Below are positions 37,711-50,172 of a stretch of 64,000 nt of DNA, piece by piece; within the stretch, counting starts at the first letter, position 1; every line of letters begins with the position of its first letter. The position numbers were made by a program, and so were the translations under genes. This DNA is from Negaprion brevirostris (taxonomy: Eukaryota). Location of the stretch: positions 104,751,155 through 104,815,154 of the forward strand of contig JARDVH010000042.1 of assembly GCA_030324005.1 (NCBI GenBank). Direction: 5' to 3'. The notes beneath the pieces were generated by a model. It was given only the letters and a program-made list of their open reading frames with translations, had not been told where the DNA came from and made no database searches.

Positions 37711-38458
37711 CTAAAAATTCTTCTTGACATAAAGTAGGCATTATTGCATCAGCCACCCATTCTGCTCAATGCCGGATTTTTGATTGCATTAACTACAATG
37801 GAATTGAATAGCAGGCAATTATCTGGACAAGTTTCTGTCCTGAAATTTTTTCAATAGAAAATACAGTTTTATGCACTCATATAGTTATAATTGCACAGAG
37901 GTATCTCTCAGACAAAAATGAAGTATTATTTAGCTGAAATTTTATCTAAACTTGCTCTCAAGACTGTAGCTGCAGTAGAGATGCATAATTGAAGCACTGG
38001 TCATTGCATTTAACATGAACCACCTTTATTTATTAATTGTTTATTTAGGAAGGCTTGAATTATTTTTTGTTCGTTGTATGAAGTAACCTTGAAATTCAAA
38101 ATAGTCACAGGTCCATGTGAGAGTAAAATAACGTGGCATTTAATTTGCTTTTCAAGAGAGTAATTATATTTGTTATGGTAAGGAATTTTGCAGCAAATAA
38201 AATTATTCATATGCTTATGGTTAAGTATTGATAGATATGTATGCTTATGGCATACGTTTTAAGTTGTTATGAAATATAAGGTTTCTATGGATGTGAAAGA
38301 TGCATAATTAGTTTCTTAACAAATGAACTGTTGTTTTTCTGAAACACACTAATACCTGTAATGTTGTTGAAAAGCTGGGAGTGGTATAAAGAAATAACTG
38401 AAGTGATTTTTGGTCGATATTTTACTGAATTTTTCTTCAATCTGTACAATTCTTGAAG

Positions 38459-38655
38459 AAAAGATCAAACAACGGTATGGAAGCTTGATGGGGGAACTGC
38501 ATATGATTGAACTGGAGAAGGGGAAGAGTGGGCTGGGCCTCAGCCTGGCTGGCAACAAGGATCGATCAAGAATGAGTGTTTTTGTAGTTGGCATTGATGC
38601 AAATGGAGCAGCTGGCAAAGATGGCAGGATACGGATTGCAGATGAGTTACTAGAG
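38459..38655 (+). CDS. MPDZ: MPDZ coding exon, N-terminal part of PDZ8 ([65 protein letters not shown]), GC donor
   Basis: tcttgaAG acceptor gives phase 1 (a+aa = Lys), 197 nt; homology ends at GAG|GCaagt; GLGL loop present; lies within ORF 38410..38673. Confidence 0.96.
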
Positions 38656-39477
38656 GCAAGTACCTTTCACTGAATGCTGTAAGCAACAGTGATGCTATAA
38701 GGAAATGCACTAGCTATTGATATTGGTTGGTTAATCATGTTCAAATAGATCCAAGTCCAAGAAAACCGAATTCAGTATTTTTATTTTACTTTTTTTTGGT
38801 GTATTTTATCTTTCTTTAATATGGCTAAACAAATTCAGTAATTTTATAGTCTGTGACAAAATGCCATCTTGCATTAAAAGGCACTGTAACATTAAAAGGT
38901 TTTCTACCAGAAATGCCTGTGGGTCCACGTCATTGTAGTTGCCAAGCTATTTTTCCCTAAGTATTATCCTTAAAAATGTCTTGATTTATCCCATTTGAAA
39001 AATTTCTTCTCGTCTCTTGGAGTCTGATTATTTCACTGATCTGGAGTTCACAATTAGGAGCTGAGGAAGTTAACAAATCAATACTAATCAACAATATTTC
39101 TTGCATTGTCTCTAATTCAAACTCTAGTTCTCAGTGGAGTTTCTATGATTGAAAAAGCAAAGCAGGTATTCTGTTCTCTGCCTGCTGCTGCTTTACTTGT
39201 GGAATAGTGATGATGCGTTTCTTTCAGTATAATACCCCTTTTATCTCAAGTTGGCAGCTTCCCTTGTCAGCTGAGCTGTGATTATGGAACTAGTGTGTGT
39301 AGAGGATGTGAATGCACAGCCACATCCTGCCACTTTATGACGCTGTTCAGTTGTACACTAACAGAATGAGATGTCTCATCTATTAAAATCAAAAATATTT
39401 TTCTCTGAACCTTCTTTTACATGCCAACTATTTTTGTACCAAAGAACAGCAGTTTAAAAACCTGATACTTAGATTAA

Positions 39478-39782
39478 AATTCCTACAGTGCAGAAAGAGG
39501 CTATTCGGCCCATCAAGTCTGCACTGACTTTCTGACAGAGTATCTTACCCAGGCCCTCTACCTTTAATCCTACACATTTAACATCGTTAGTCCATCTAAC
39601 CTATTCATCTTGGGATATTAAGGGACAATTTTACCATGGTTAATCCACCGAACTGTGGGAGGAAACTAGAGCACCCGGAGGAGACCCATGCAGACATGGG
39701 GACAGCATGCAACCTCCACACGTGCACCCAAGGCTGGAATCAAATCTGGATCCCTGGCACTGAGAGGCACCATGCTGCCCCT
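39478..39782 (-). mobile_element. tRNA-derived SINE with CR1-type tail
   Basis: tcctacagtgcagaaagaggctattcggccc tail, ggaggaaactagagcacccggagga core, ends catgctgccc. Confidence 0.87.
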
Positions 39783-39987
39783 TTTGCCCTTAATATTTAA
39801 TTTTTAAAAACTCTTATAAAGAGCAAAGGTAGACGTGAAAACCCTTATCTTAGCATAATGGCATAATCGATTTTGGTACTTTAACAACTTCAGCACAAGA
39901 TGTGCATCTTTAAGCAGTTTGCTATGTAATCTCTTGTCAAGATTAGATACTTCTACTCCTAATGTTCCACTTTTATTTTCTTTGCAG

Positions 39988-40079
39988 ATAAATGGCCAGT
40001 TACTATATGGACGTAGTCATCAGAATGCTTCATCAATCATCAAAAGTGCACCATCAAAAGTGAAAATTATCTTCATCAG
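39988..40079 (+). CDS. MPDZ: MPDZ coding exon, C-terminal part of PDZ8 ([31 protein letters not shown]), phase 0-2
   Basis: ttttctttgcAG acceptor, AG|GTgtgt donor, 92 nt; nearly identical to the recalled human sequence. Confidence 0.97.
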
Positions 40080-41969
40080 GTGTGTTCAGTTTTTATAAAT
40101 AAGCATGTGCTACATGTTATAAGAGAAATGTTAAAATTTTAATAATATAAAAAACATAAGAACAGTGGAAAAGATTTTGTATCATGCTGCAGCATTGCAC
40201 ATCATATTATGCCATGTAATTTGGGATTGCTAAACTCACTGTTGATTAGGTACCCCCAGCTCCTTGATATGGTGCTGCTGAGTGATTAAATCACTATTTA
40301 GTCAAGAAGATAAGGGAATTACATGCATTCTAAAACTAGTCAAAAAATGTAGAAATATAGAAAGCAAGAGCAGGAGCAGGCCAAAAATTAATTGACAGAA
40401 AATTGCTATTTAGTTTGTTTGGAGCAAGACACCAACACAGAATGACAGTGGATATGAGGAGTTGATCTTCACTACTGAAATGGGTAGCTCAAGTCAGGAA
40501 ATGTCCTGATTGTCTGGCTTGCCTCGTTACAAAGGCCCCGAATGTTGCAATCTTCACTTTAGGAGTGGGAGTAATCTGCAGCATAAATTGGTTCTGCCAA
40601 CCCTGAAATCAGAGCACAGGCCGCCACAAAGTAACTGAGTGCTGAGATGGGCTAATTAGAAGACTCACCTCGGTTCTCTGGGAGTTGGTTCCAGTTGTAC
40701 CTGTAGCCCTTACCACCTCTCCACTCACTGCCTATGCTAACTCACACTTCCATCAACTTCCCCATGAGTGCTCATGCCCACCATACCAACTCATGGCCGA
40801 TCCTTGCCCATTCACCCAGTACTCACTATATACAGTATCAGCGAACTATATAATAAAAATCATGTGGGGAAATGCTCATTTATAATTCTTCTTTTGAAAA
40901 AAACTGTTATTCCTACAATCCTATAAAAATGTCAATCAAAGTATCAATAACAAAGGCTTCAAGAACATCGCACCTCTTAACTTTCTGCGAATAAACATTG
41001 AGGCACTGACAAAAAAAGCTCATAGACCAATTTCTAATTACTTAAGGGTGTTAATCAAGCAAAGTCAACAAGTCCAGCAGTCATAACAGAATCCTCTACT
41101 AAAAGAAAATTTATGAACCGGCTGCATGCTTAATGAGACTACCCAATTCTACTGAAAGATTTTTTGCATCTGGAGAGGAATAGGAGGTTGGACATGAATC
41201 AGAGCTTGTGGTGAAGGAAGGGCAAAAGTTGGTTTGTAAAGAGAGAATTAATAAGAGCAGCTGAAGGATAAGGATCAGTACGTGCTAATGATCTCAGTTT
41301 AACATTTGAACCAGGAAAGAAAGTTAGGTGCTCAGTCGTTTAGTGGGAATAGTGTCAAGGAAATGTTTCATGGATAAGGTGAGTTCAGAGAGCACATGAG
41401 GGAAGATAGAATAGAAGGCAAATTAGAGAAGGTACAAGTTCAGGGTTAGAGCAGGCGGGAGCCTTGGGGAGAGTTTGAGCTGGTGGACAAGGACAAAGGT
41501 GGAGAAGTGGTGGAGGCAGCAGGTAAGATAGTCTTAATTCTAGTGACAGAGGATCCATGAACAACCCCACTTGTTGGAGGTTAGGGTGGAGGATACAAGA
41601 AGAGGAGTTTCATAAGATAACTTGGAGTAGTGAAAAGAAGTCCAGTGTTACCTCCCGTTCCAGGATGACCCTGGAATAGTGATCATGGCATATTGCGTAC
41701 AAACATAAACTAACCACCATTGTGTCTTCCATTGTTGCCTCTCTTCTCTGTACCTTTACCTGTCCTGTCCTGTTTGATGGTGCACTGTCTATTCCGTTCT
41801 ACCCATGTGTGGAAGGATGCTAATTTCCAGTGCAGAGCACTATAAGAAGATAGGCTTGAATGAGGATGTTGAACAGTTATGGACCAAGAAAACTCGGCAT
41901 CAGATTGAACCATTTGGCATAGGTGATGGTAACTTGGGCTAACTGGTTGACAGGTCAACAGATACCTCA

Positions 41970-42232
41970 CTGACACAGTGGTTAATGCTGCTGCCTCACA
42001 GCGCCAGAGACCTTGGTTCAATTCTGACCTTGGGTGATTGTGTGGAGTTTGCATGTTCTCCCCGTGTCTGCATACATTTCCTCTGGGTGCTCCACTTTTC
42101 TTCCACAATCCAAAGATGTGCAGTTTAGGTGGATGTGTGTGCAAAATTGCCCTTAATTATGTGAGGTTACAGGAAAGGGCTTGGATGTGATTGCCAAATG
42201 GGTTCCTTCTGTACCGTAGGGATTCTATGAAA
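41970..42232 (+). mobile_element. tRNA-derived SINE with CR1-type tail
   Basis: cacagtggttaatgctgctgcctcacagcgcc head, shared core, tail ending gggattctatga. Confidence 0.87.
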
Positions 42233-42559
42233 GGATTGGAACATGAATGCTGACAACATGAGAAAGACAGCAGATTCATACTTCACAGAGTCAGTGCCAT
42301 TCCCCCAGTGTGGTACCTCAGCCATCTGCTGGAGAAAAAAATTGCTAAACTGCTCAGTGCTGGAATTGGTAGCCATGACGGCCGCACTTTGAAGTAGCAT
42401 TAATTCAATCTGAGAAGAACTTAGATTTCTGGTTTCAGTTGTTTCTGTTGCAATGAAAGGTAAGACATCAGCTATCAGACACTGTGTCATGGTTGCCTTC
42501 ACAAATTTGTTACTGGGGTTGGAAAGGAAGGCTCTAAACTCTGCACAAAATCCTTTATC

Positions 42560-43490
42560 AAATCGGTGCTGGATTCCTCCATACTTCTTCATATTGAATG
42601 TTGCCTTGCTGACAGACTTCTCAAGCGTTTTGTATATTCTGCCTTAGGGAGGTCCACATCTGAGTTTCCTGATGGAGAATGCATCATTACCTCAACTTCA
42701 GTGCATTGGCATTTTCACTGTTGTTGTCCCTGCCTTGGCAGTAGCCCAGTATCTTACTACATGCAGATCCCCCTCTGATCTAGCGTATACATCATGTTAA
42801 TATTTGAACTAGCAGCTGCAGATGCAAAATGAAATAATGGTTGACATTGTCCTCCCTCTCTGCTTGATGTTTTTCCACTACTTAGCCAGGTTTCAGTTTT
42901 TGGATATCTGAAAGAAGAAAGAGGCAAAGGTTGGGTTGTGGTGAGGGGAAAGTAGATGTCCATGCTTGTACCATTTGCAGCTTATAAATCAGAAGATATT
43001 GTAGAATGAGGAGGAAGTGGGAAGTGAGACAGAAAATTGTTTCTGAGGAAACCATGATGTTCAGTTGATCCAGTTCTGACCATTGAACTTATGTGGCACT
43101 GCATCTATGTCCTCACTCTTTCTCCTGGCATTGAGCTCTCCAATTTTCTGCTGCAACTACCCTGTGAGTTTGCCTGCAGAGTCTCCCAGTCCCCTGCATG
43201 TTATGCTTCCAACTGAGACTTACTTCCTAGATCTCTAACAGCATCTATTCCAGTCATAACGCATCCCACACTTCAAGCAGTGAAGGCTACTTTTAAGTGG
43301 ATTTTGGAAATTACAGTTTTGGACCTGCTGTTGATTAAGACAACTAATAAACAGTTCAGTTAGTGGCAGCTACATGCAACTAACATGTTAATTAGTAGAC
43401 AGCTCAAAGCTATCATTTCATCAATGGGCACAGATTAATTGCCAACTGTGAAACCCATGTCTGTTTTTCAGGCTATCAAATTTAACCCTT
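42560..43490 (-). mobile_element. Possible old non-autonomous DNA transposon (Harbinger-like) remnant
   Basis: Loose similarity in layout to 14780-15705; no readable ORF. Confidence 0.3.
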
Positions 43491-44159
43491 TTGTCTCCTG
43501 ACCCGAAATAGTGGTTATTTTATCATTAAATGCATAATATGAGCTATTTTAGATCACAAAGATAGTAAATTATGCAGATCATTAGCTCCTCTCTTGATTT
43601 CATTTCTGCCCATAGTATTGTGATCTCAAGTTGGAAAGGAAAGTACCATTTTGTAATTTTTCTGCACATGATGGAAAGATGTTTATCTTTCACTTGCCCT
43701 GAATCCATCTTTTATAAGGAACTCTCACGAGCTTTTGTAAATGTCTGCATTCAAGGCAATGGCTTCAGTGTTTCCTTTGATCCTTAATCATCCATATCTC
43801 TATCTCTATAAATATATTTATCTATCTTTTTGTCTCTTGTGTTACATATATATAAAATATTTTCTAAAATATGCACACAGTATATATATTTGTTCCTGCT
43901 TTCTTGCTCCTTCCTTGCTCTTTCACTGTCTTACCCTCCTAAAAACAGTAAACTTATTCTTCAAATCCTTTCAAATTTTCTCTGAATAAATTGGTAGAAT
44001 TTTAAATCCTTTCCCTGAATAAATTTAGTATCTGCTATAGTTTAAAATTAAGCTTGCACAATATATTATTTTTGAAATCAGAGGGAACTACTTTGGTGGT
44101 TGAGGGAAAAATAAATTTTATTTCTCTTTTTCACTTCCAGTGTTTGCTTTTTTTTCCAG

Positions 44160-44244
44160 AAGTACAGATGCAGTCAGTCAAATGGCAGTCAGTCCAGTAA
44201 AATCAGCTGACATAATCACAACTACTTCAGGAGACCAGCGGGAG
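44160..44244 (+). CDS. MPDZ: MPDZ coding exon (STDAVSQMAVSPVKSADIITTTSGDQRE), phase 2-0
   Basis: tttttccAG acceptor, GAG|GTataa donor, 85 nt; DAVSQMAVSP matches human DAVNQMAVCP. Confidence 0.92.
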
Positions 44245-44784
44245 GTATAAATTATTAACTACATTGCAATAATCTCTCCCTCTCTCTTCTGGTAAACACT
44301 TATACATTTCCATATTTTTGATGATGTGTGCTTTTGTAACCATCAAAAAGTTGCCGCTCAGTTCTCTTTGATGATTCGGAATTTGTAGACTAATATAAAA
44401 TAATAGTTTATAGGCAATCAAAGCACTTGCTATGTTGACACTTTGGCTCAAAAGGTTATGGAAAGTCTTGACTTTACCTTGAAGTACCATGTTAAGAGAA
44501 CTGGCTAAGCTGTATTCTTATTAACCTGAACATAAGCATTTTCCAATCAACTCCCTTTTCAAGTTGTGAAATTTGATCCAGTTCAAAGTAACAGCCATTA
44601 CTCCATTAATGAAATGAGATGATTTTTTCAAATTTTATCATTATTCAAAATAAAGTTATGTATTACTATTTTTTCTGTCATCAATGTGCGTACTTTTAAA
44701 CTGATAACATTTTTGTAACTATATCTTCTTCATCCTTTCTTTTACATTTCCCTGCAATTCATATCATCCCTATAAAACAAGACC

Positions 44785-45255
44785 ACAGAATCTCAGATTT
44801 CCATGACAGAAAGAGGCCCTTTGGCTCCCTGAGTCTACACAGGCTCTCTGAAATAATATTTTACCTCATCCTGCCTTATCCCTGCAACCATGCATCTTTT
44901 ATTCTTCTCAGAAAGCAATCCAATTTCCTTTTGAATACCTCGATCAAAATTGCCTCCACCACTCTCAGGAAAGTCATTCCAGACTCCAACCACAGTCTGA
45001 CTGAAACAAATTTTCCTCACATCACTTTTATTCCTTTTGCCAGTTATTTTGAATCTGTGCCTTCTGGTTCTTGGCACTCTCTTAAATAAGAACAGTATCT
45101 CACCAGTTACCCTGTCCTTAGCCGCTCAGGCTCTTAACTGCCTCTATCAAATCTCCTTTCAGGCTTCTTTTCTTCAAGGAAAACAGTTCCAACCTCTCCA
45201 ATCTATCCTCACAGCTACAGTTCTTTTTTCCCTTGGAATAATTCTGATGGATTTT
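44785..45255 (-). mobile_element. CR1-type LINE 3' fragment ending about 90 nt upstream of an MPDZ exon
   Basis: ORF 44835..45077 RTRRHRFKITGKR...FSQTVVGVWNDFPE. Confidence 0.82.
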
Positions 45256-45346
45256 TGGCAGAATTTTAAAGTGCAATTACCAACTTTTATTATTACTAAT
45301 GGTAATTATTACTGCTGAAAGTATGCTTTGTAACTTTATTTTCAAG

Positions 45347-45427
45347 AAAGAGACAGATACATTATTATTCCAAAGTGGAAAGGATCTGACTTCATTTAAA
45401 AATATTCAGCATGTGCTACTTACCAAG
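45347..45427 (+). CDS. MPDZ: MPDZ coding exon leading into PDZ9 (KETDTLLFQSGKDLTSFKNIQHVLLTK), phase 0-0
   Basis: tttattttcaAG acceptor, AAG|GTaagt donor, 81 nt; DLTSFKNIQH matches human DLSSFKNVQH. The exact acceptor is slightly uncertain because of nearby AGs. Confidence 0.88.
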
Positions 45428-46282
45428 GTAAGTTTATTGAGAAGCATTTATTTTGCCTTTGGAGTCAGTGGTCATTTGTGGGAAAAATTATTGTAGAGCC
45501 ACATTATTGAATAAACAGATTATATGGGCATGTTTAATCAAAGAATATTTTTATGCAAATAAAAGGGTCATTTATAATGTGTTGTTTACTTCTGTCCACT
45601 GACAAGTGAAACTGCTGCACAGCTCTGCTGAGCAATGAATGAACATTTAAATTTTAGCTATCATTGCAGGAAACATTGTAATGTTTCCAGCTAATTGATA
45701 AAAACACATTGCTTTATAGTGTGCAACTGGTTGACCTCAATCTTAGCTGGAGATGATTGTGAGTAGGGCAGTGGAGATTGTTCCAAAACTAAAAGTGTCC
45801 CAGGATGTAACATATTGGTCTTGTGACATCTAGATCTGCCACATAGTTTTCTTGTCCTGCTAATTATTTTATCTGACTATTTGGGTCTTAGTGTCACATC
45901 CATCCATGCCGAATATCCTTTTAAATGCAAGGCCATTTCGAAAGAAATTTTCAAAAGAAACTTGCTACCTTAAGAAATATGCGAGATGCATTGGATTTAT
46001 ATCTATTGTCACTAACATGAGAATTTTTTCAGGATGGTTAAGTTTACTTTTAAGTTTTTCTCAGCTTGCTAGCGAGTTGTCTGCCTCGAATTACACTTCA
46101 GAAAATTTCCTACCAACCATTATCATTCTTTTATAGAGTCATTCCTGAATTAGATGATAGTTCTTTTGTACCCATGTTATTAAATTAATAACTGCCTTTA
46201 ATAGCACTACTAGTCATATATGTACCTTTGTCCTGACATGCAAATAAGAAAGCTAAGCATATTGCTGTTTTTATTTGTTTAG

Positions 46283-46375
46283 GATCAAGGTGGACTTGGA
46301 ATTGCAATTAGTGAAGAGAGTACACACGATGGTGTGGTTATTAAGAGTCTAACAGAAAATGGCACAGCATCAAAG
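46283..46375 (+). CDS. MPDZ: MPDZ coding exon, PDZ9 (DQGGLGIAISEESTHDGVVIKSLTENGTASK), phase 0-0
   Basis: tttgtttAG acceptor, AAG|GTaatt donor, 93 nt; DQGGLGIAISEE as in human. Confidence 0.96.
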
Positions 46376-46789
46376 GTAATTTAGAAGAAGACAGTACTGA
46401 CTTACTAATAGATATAATAATGTACATTGCAATACTTGCATATTCCACTCCCTTTGCAATACATGCCATTGTTCCTTCCGAATCTTTGTGATTTGTGTAG
46501 AGGCCAGCCAGACTGCACTGTACCTCAGAGTTCTACAGTCTCTCAGTTGAAATAATATTGCACAAACAAACTTCCCAGATTGTGGTGACTAAAAGATGGC
46601 TTATAAACATGCATTCTGTTGTTTCATCCATATGGGATATTTGTTTTGAAATATTAGTTGCTTGCAGTATTTTGTTACAATATATGCGTGATATATCAAT
46701 ATGTAGTTGTGAACTAATATGAATTTTAAATAAAGGATGTATGTTTTTTGGTGAAAACCAATAAGACTCCAAATACAGAAAGGAATAAT

Positions 46790-47730
46790 TGACGGTAAGG
46801 AAAGAGGCTTTAATTAAGGACACAGACAGCAGAGGAGTCCACGGTAAGAGAGAATAAGAAGAAATTAGGAGAGAAGTAAAAGAAAACTATTAGTGAGGCA
46901 AACAGGAACTACAAAATGAAACAAAACAACAAAATATTTTGCAGGCATATTAATTAGAAAAGGAAAGTTGGGATGGCAATAGGGTCATTAAATGATAGCA
47001 TTAATAGGCAGAGAACAGAAATGTTAAATGTTTACTTCACTTCAATATTTAACAAGTAAACATAGGTCATCTGTCTTAGCACCTCCTTACGTGCCTCGGT
47101 GTCAGACTTCGATTTACAATGCTCCTGTGAGGCGCCATTGAATGTTTCATTATGTCAGTGGTGCTATAGAAATATAAGTTGCTGAGATAGAATAAGCAAA
47201 CATGACATTAGATAATGAGCTGAGTAATGAGATTCAGTAAGTTCATTTAAAAAAAGGATCTATTAAATAACTAGTCAAAGTCATAGGACAAGACCCCTGA
47301 ACAAGGTGAATTATGTTCACTCATTTTAAATAGATCTAGGTAATAGATAGCAGAGAAATTATTGCACATATTTAATCATTTGTTCGAAATATGTAGTGCC
47401 AGAGGACTGGTGAAAAGCTAACATAATACCAAATTTAAGACGAGGAATAGAACATGTCCAGAGAATTATCGACAACTCAGTTTAACGTTGGTGATAGGAA
47501 GAATAATGGAATCCCTACTAAAGGCGAGAATGGAAGAATATCTAGAAACAAAAAATATAATAATGAATGATGCACTCCAGGAAAACTCCGGGTAGGCTTA
47601 TGAAGAAGAAGGGAAATAGAGGGTTATATTGATGGATTTATATACAGTTAGATGAGAGGACGGTTGAGCAGAATAAAAACAGTGAAATGGAATGTTGAGC
47701 CAAATGTTCAGTTTCTCTGTCCGATATATC
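46790..47730 (+). mobile_element. Old CR1-type ORF2 fragment with an L2-type tail inserted near 47070-47185
   Basis: Degenerate MLNVYFTSIF, VPEDW and ENYRQLSLTLVIGRIMES peptides; the insert ends ggtgctatagaaatataagttgctg. Confidence 0.65.
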
Positions 47731-47801
47731 CTATCAAAGTCTATTATAAGACACAGCATTTGTTCTCTTAGTCAATGTCTAATAGATTCTTGTTTTCACA
47801 G

Positions 47802-47876
47802 GATGGAAAGGTTAAGGTTGGGGATCGTATCTTGGCAGTGGATGATGAACCTGTTGTGGGTCACCCTGTTGAAAAG
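47802..47876 (+). CDS. MPDZ: MPDZ coding exon, PDZ9 (DGKVKVGDRILAVDDEPVVGHPVEK), phase 0-0
   Basis: gttttcacAG acceptor, AAG|GTtcag donor, 75 nt; matches human DGRLKVGDQILAVDDEIVVGYPIEK. Confidence 0.96.
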
Positions 47877-48549
47877 GTTCAGTGTCTGTTTAATATTGCA
47901 TTTTATCTGTTTAATGTAGTTGTTTCTCTACATCATATTAATTAATGCAAATATTTGTTCAAATAAGGCCTTGCTGAGGTACCAATTAATTTCGTATCCA
48001 TATTACAATTCTTGATGAATTGGTAAAAAGAAATTTGTGTCACATGAGGGACTTCAGCTGGGAAAAAAACCTGTTCCATAGGCAATGGTTTTTCTCAATT
48101 AAAATTTCCTTAGATGTTAAATCATTTCAGCTTTTCTGTTGTATTGGGTTCTGTTGTGTTGGTTTGCCATGATCACATTGAATTTAATTATGGTTATTGA
48201 GTAACTAATCCTGTTTTCGTTATTCTGTCTGGGTTACTTATTGTTTATAAGTTGGAGTGCAAGTTACCTGTCATGGCATCTCGAACACACTGCTCAGAGC
48301 TGTGTTTGTCATATATTAACTCAGCTTCTAATGCACTTGTACACTCACAGCTTATATCCAATTGATAAAGTCATCATTGATAAAATCATCTTTTAGTATG
48401 TTTCTTTCTGTTTGTTATCTGTCTACCTTTTTTGATGGTTATCTGCTTATTTAATCAGTGTTTACAAATCCCAAATAGTATGCAAATCATTAAAGTTATG
48501 AATTGTGTAGTATATACAATATTAGAAATGAATAACACATGAATTATGG

Positions 48550-48735
48550 AATATTATGGCACCGAAGATCATTCAGCCTCTTATATCCATGTCTCATTCC
48601 TTAGCTCCTTTCACATCGCCGTGCAAAGGTTTTCTCTTCAGCTGCTTATCCAATTCGCTTTTGAAAACCATGATTGAATCTGCCTGCTCCTCACTCTCTG
48701 ACAGTTTGTTCAAGCTTCTAACCACTGACTTCAGA
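48550..48735 (-). mobile_element. CR1-type 3' fragment
   Basis: ORF 48594..48842 QADSIMVFKSELDKQL. Confidence 0.65.
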
Positions 48736-48999
48736 TAGCAATAGGAAATGATATTGATTCCTCCATCTGAATAGTGGACAATTTGTTTAATTGCAATTTC
48801 TGTTTTGTGATGAATATGGCACATACCCAGTCGTTTGTTCATTCTTACAACATCTGTAGTATTGAATCACTGTAAATTCTAATTCGTATATGAATCTACT
48901 GTTGTCTCATCACATGTAATAAAAGGTTTCCTGTGATACAATCCACTAAAAGTACTCTTTACTTTCCCATTATTTGCAAAATTTCTTGTTTAAACTCTG

Positions 49000-49170
49000 T
49001 AATCCCTTCCCTAAACCCCTCTCTCTCTTGCCTCCTTTAAAATGCTTCTTAAAACCTACTTATTGTAGCAACCTTTTGGCTGTCTTCCTTAATATGTGGT
49101 TGAAGCACTTTGAGATATTTTATTATGTTTGAGGTGCCATATAAATACAGATTTTTTTTGTTGATGTTGT
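49000..49170 (+). mobile_element. L2-type 3' tail fragment
   Basis: cctttaaaatgcttcttaaaacctac...tgaagcactttgagat...ggtgccatataaatac; similar to 55540-55790. Confidence 0.6.
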
Positions 49171-49928
49171 TAAACAATTAGTTCAGGGTAATTTGGCCAA
49201 TGAAAAATCTTTTTTACATTGCATTTCTCTTGCAAATATAGAATGAATGCAGGTTTATTGTAATTTCATAACCATGCTATTTTCATAACTTAAATATTCT
49301 ACAAATACAATCAGCAATTGCACCTTTCCTTTATGTCTGTATGTCTCCTATGCTGCAGTTCTACGATAATACTTTCTTCTTCTTAAACCTTGTAAACCCT
49401 GCAGATGCCAGTGCTAGTTTCTGGTCATTTTCATAAAGGTCGGATGGGTTGCATGTAATCAGAAGCCATTTTATGAAAATATTATTACCTCAATTAAAGG
49501 AGGGCAACTAGGATTTACAACTCTCCAAGTTCCACAGGTAACAAGAATCCAGGTGCCTGGAAGAGGGCAGTGGTGGCAGACCAGGAGGCAAGCATTGCAG
49601 GTAGACCTACAGATCCACCCCCTTCCTGCCTGGGTTCAGGAGCAACCACAGGTGACCCTCAGCAGGGCTCTAGCCAGCTCCCCTTATCACACCATCGCCC
49701 CTCACAGAGGTGTTCTGGTTATAAAATTTACAGAAGTGGGGGAAAGGGTATCTCCATTTTGAAGTGCCTCTCTTTTGCTTCCCTTTGTTTGTAGCCTGCT
49801 GNNNNNNNNNNNNNNNNNNNNNNNNNNNNNNNNNNNNNNNNNNNNNNNNNNNNNNNNNNNNNNNNNNNNNNNNNNNNNNNNNNNNNNNNNNNNNNNNNNN
49901 NAACTTTTAGTCTTAATCTAGATTGAAA

Positions 49929-50172
49929 AGGGCGGCATGGTGGCACAGTGGTTAGCAATGCTGCCTCAGAGCAACAGTGATATGAGTTAGATTGCTGGCT
50001 TTGGTCACTGTCAATGCAGAGTCTGCATGTTTTCCTCGTGTCTGCGTGAGTTTCCTCCGGGTGCTCCAGTTTCCTCCCACAAGGCACCGGAGTGAGGCAA
50101 CTAGGGGATTTTCACAGTAACTTCGTTGCAGTGTTAATGTAAATCATACTTGTGACACTAATAAATAAATGA
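49929..50172 (+). mobile_element. tRNA-derived SINE with the alternative (non-CR1) tail
   Basis: gggcggcatggtggcacagtggttagc head; tail actaggggattttcacagtaacttcgttgcagtgttaatgtaaatcatacttgtgacactaataaataaa, as at 25003. Confidence 0.9.
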
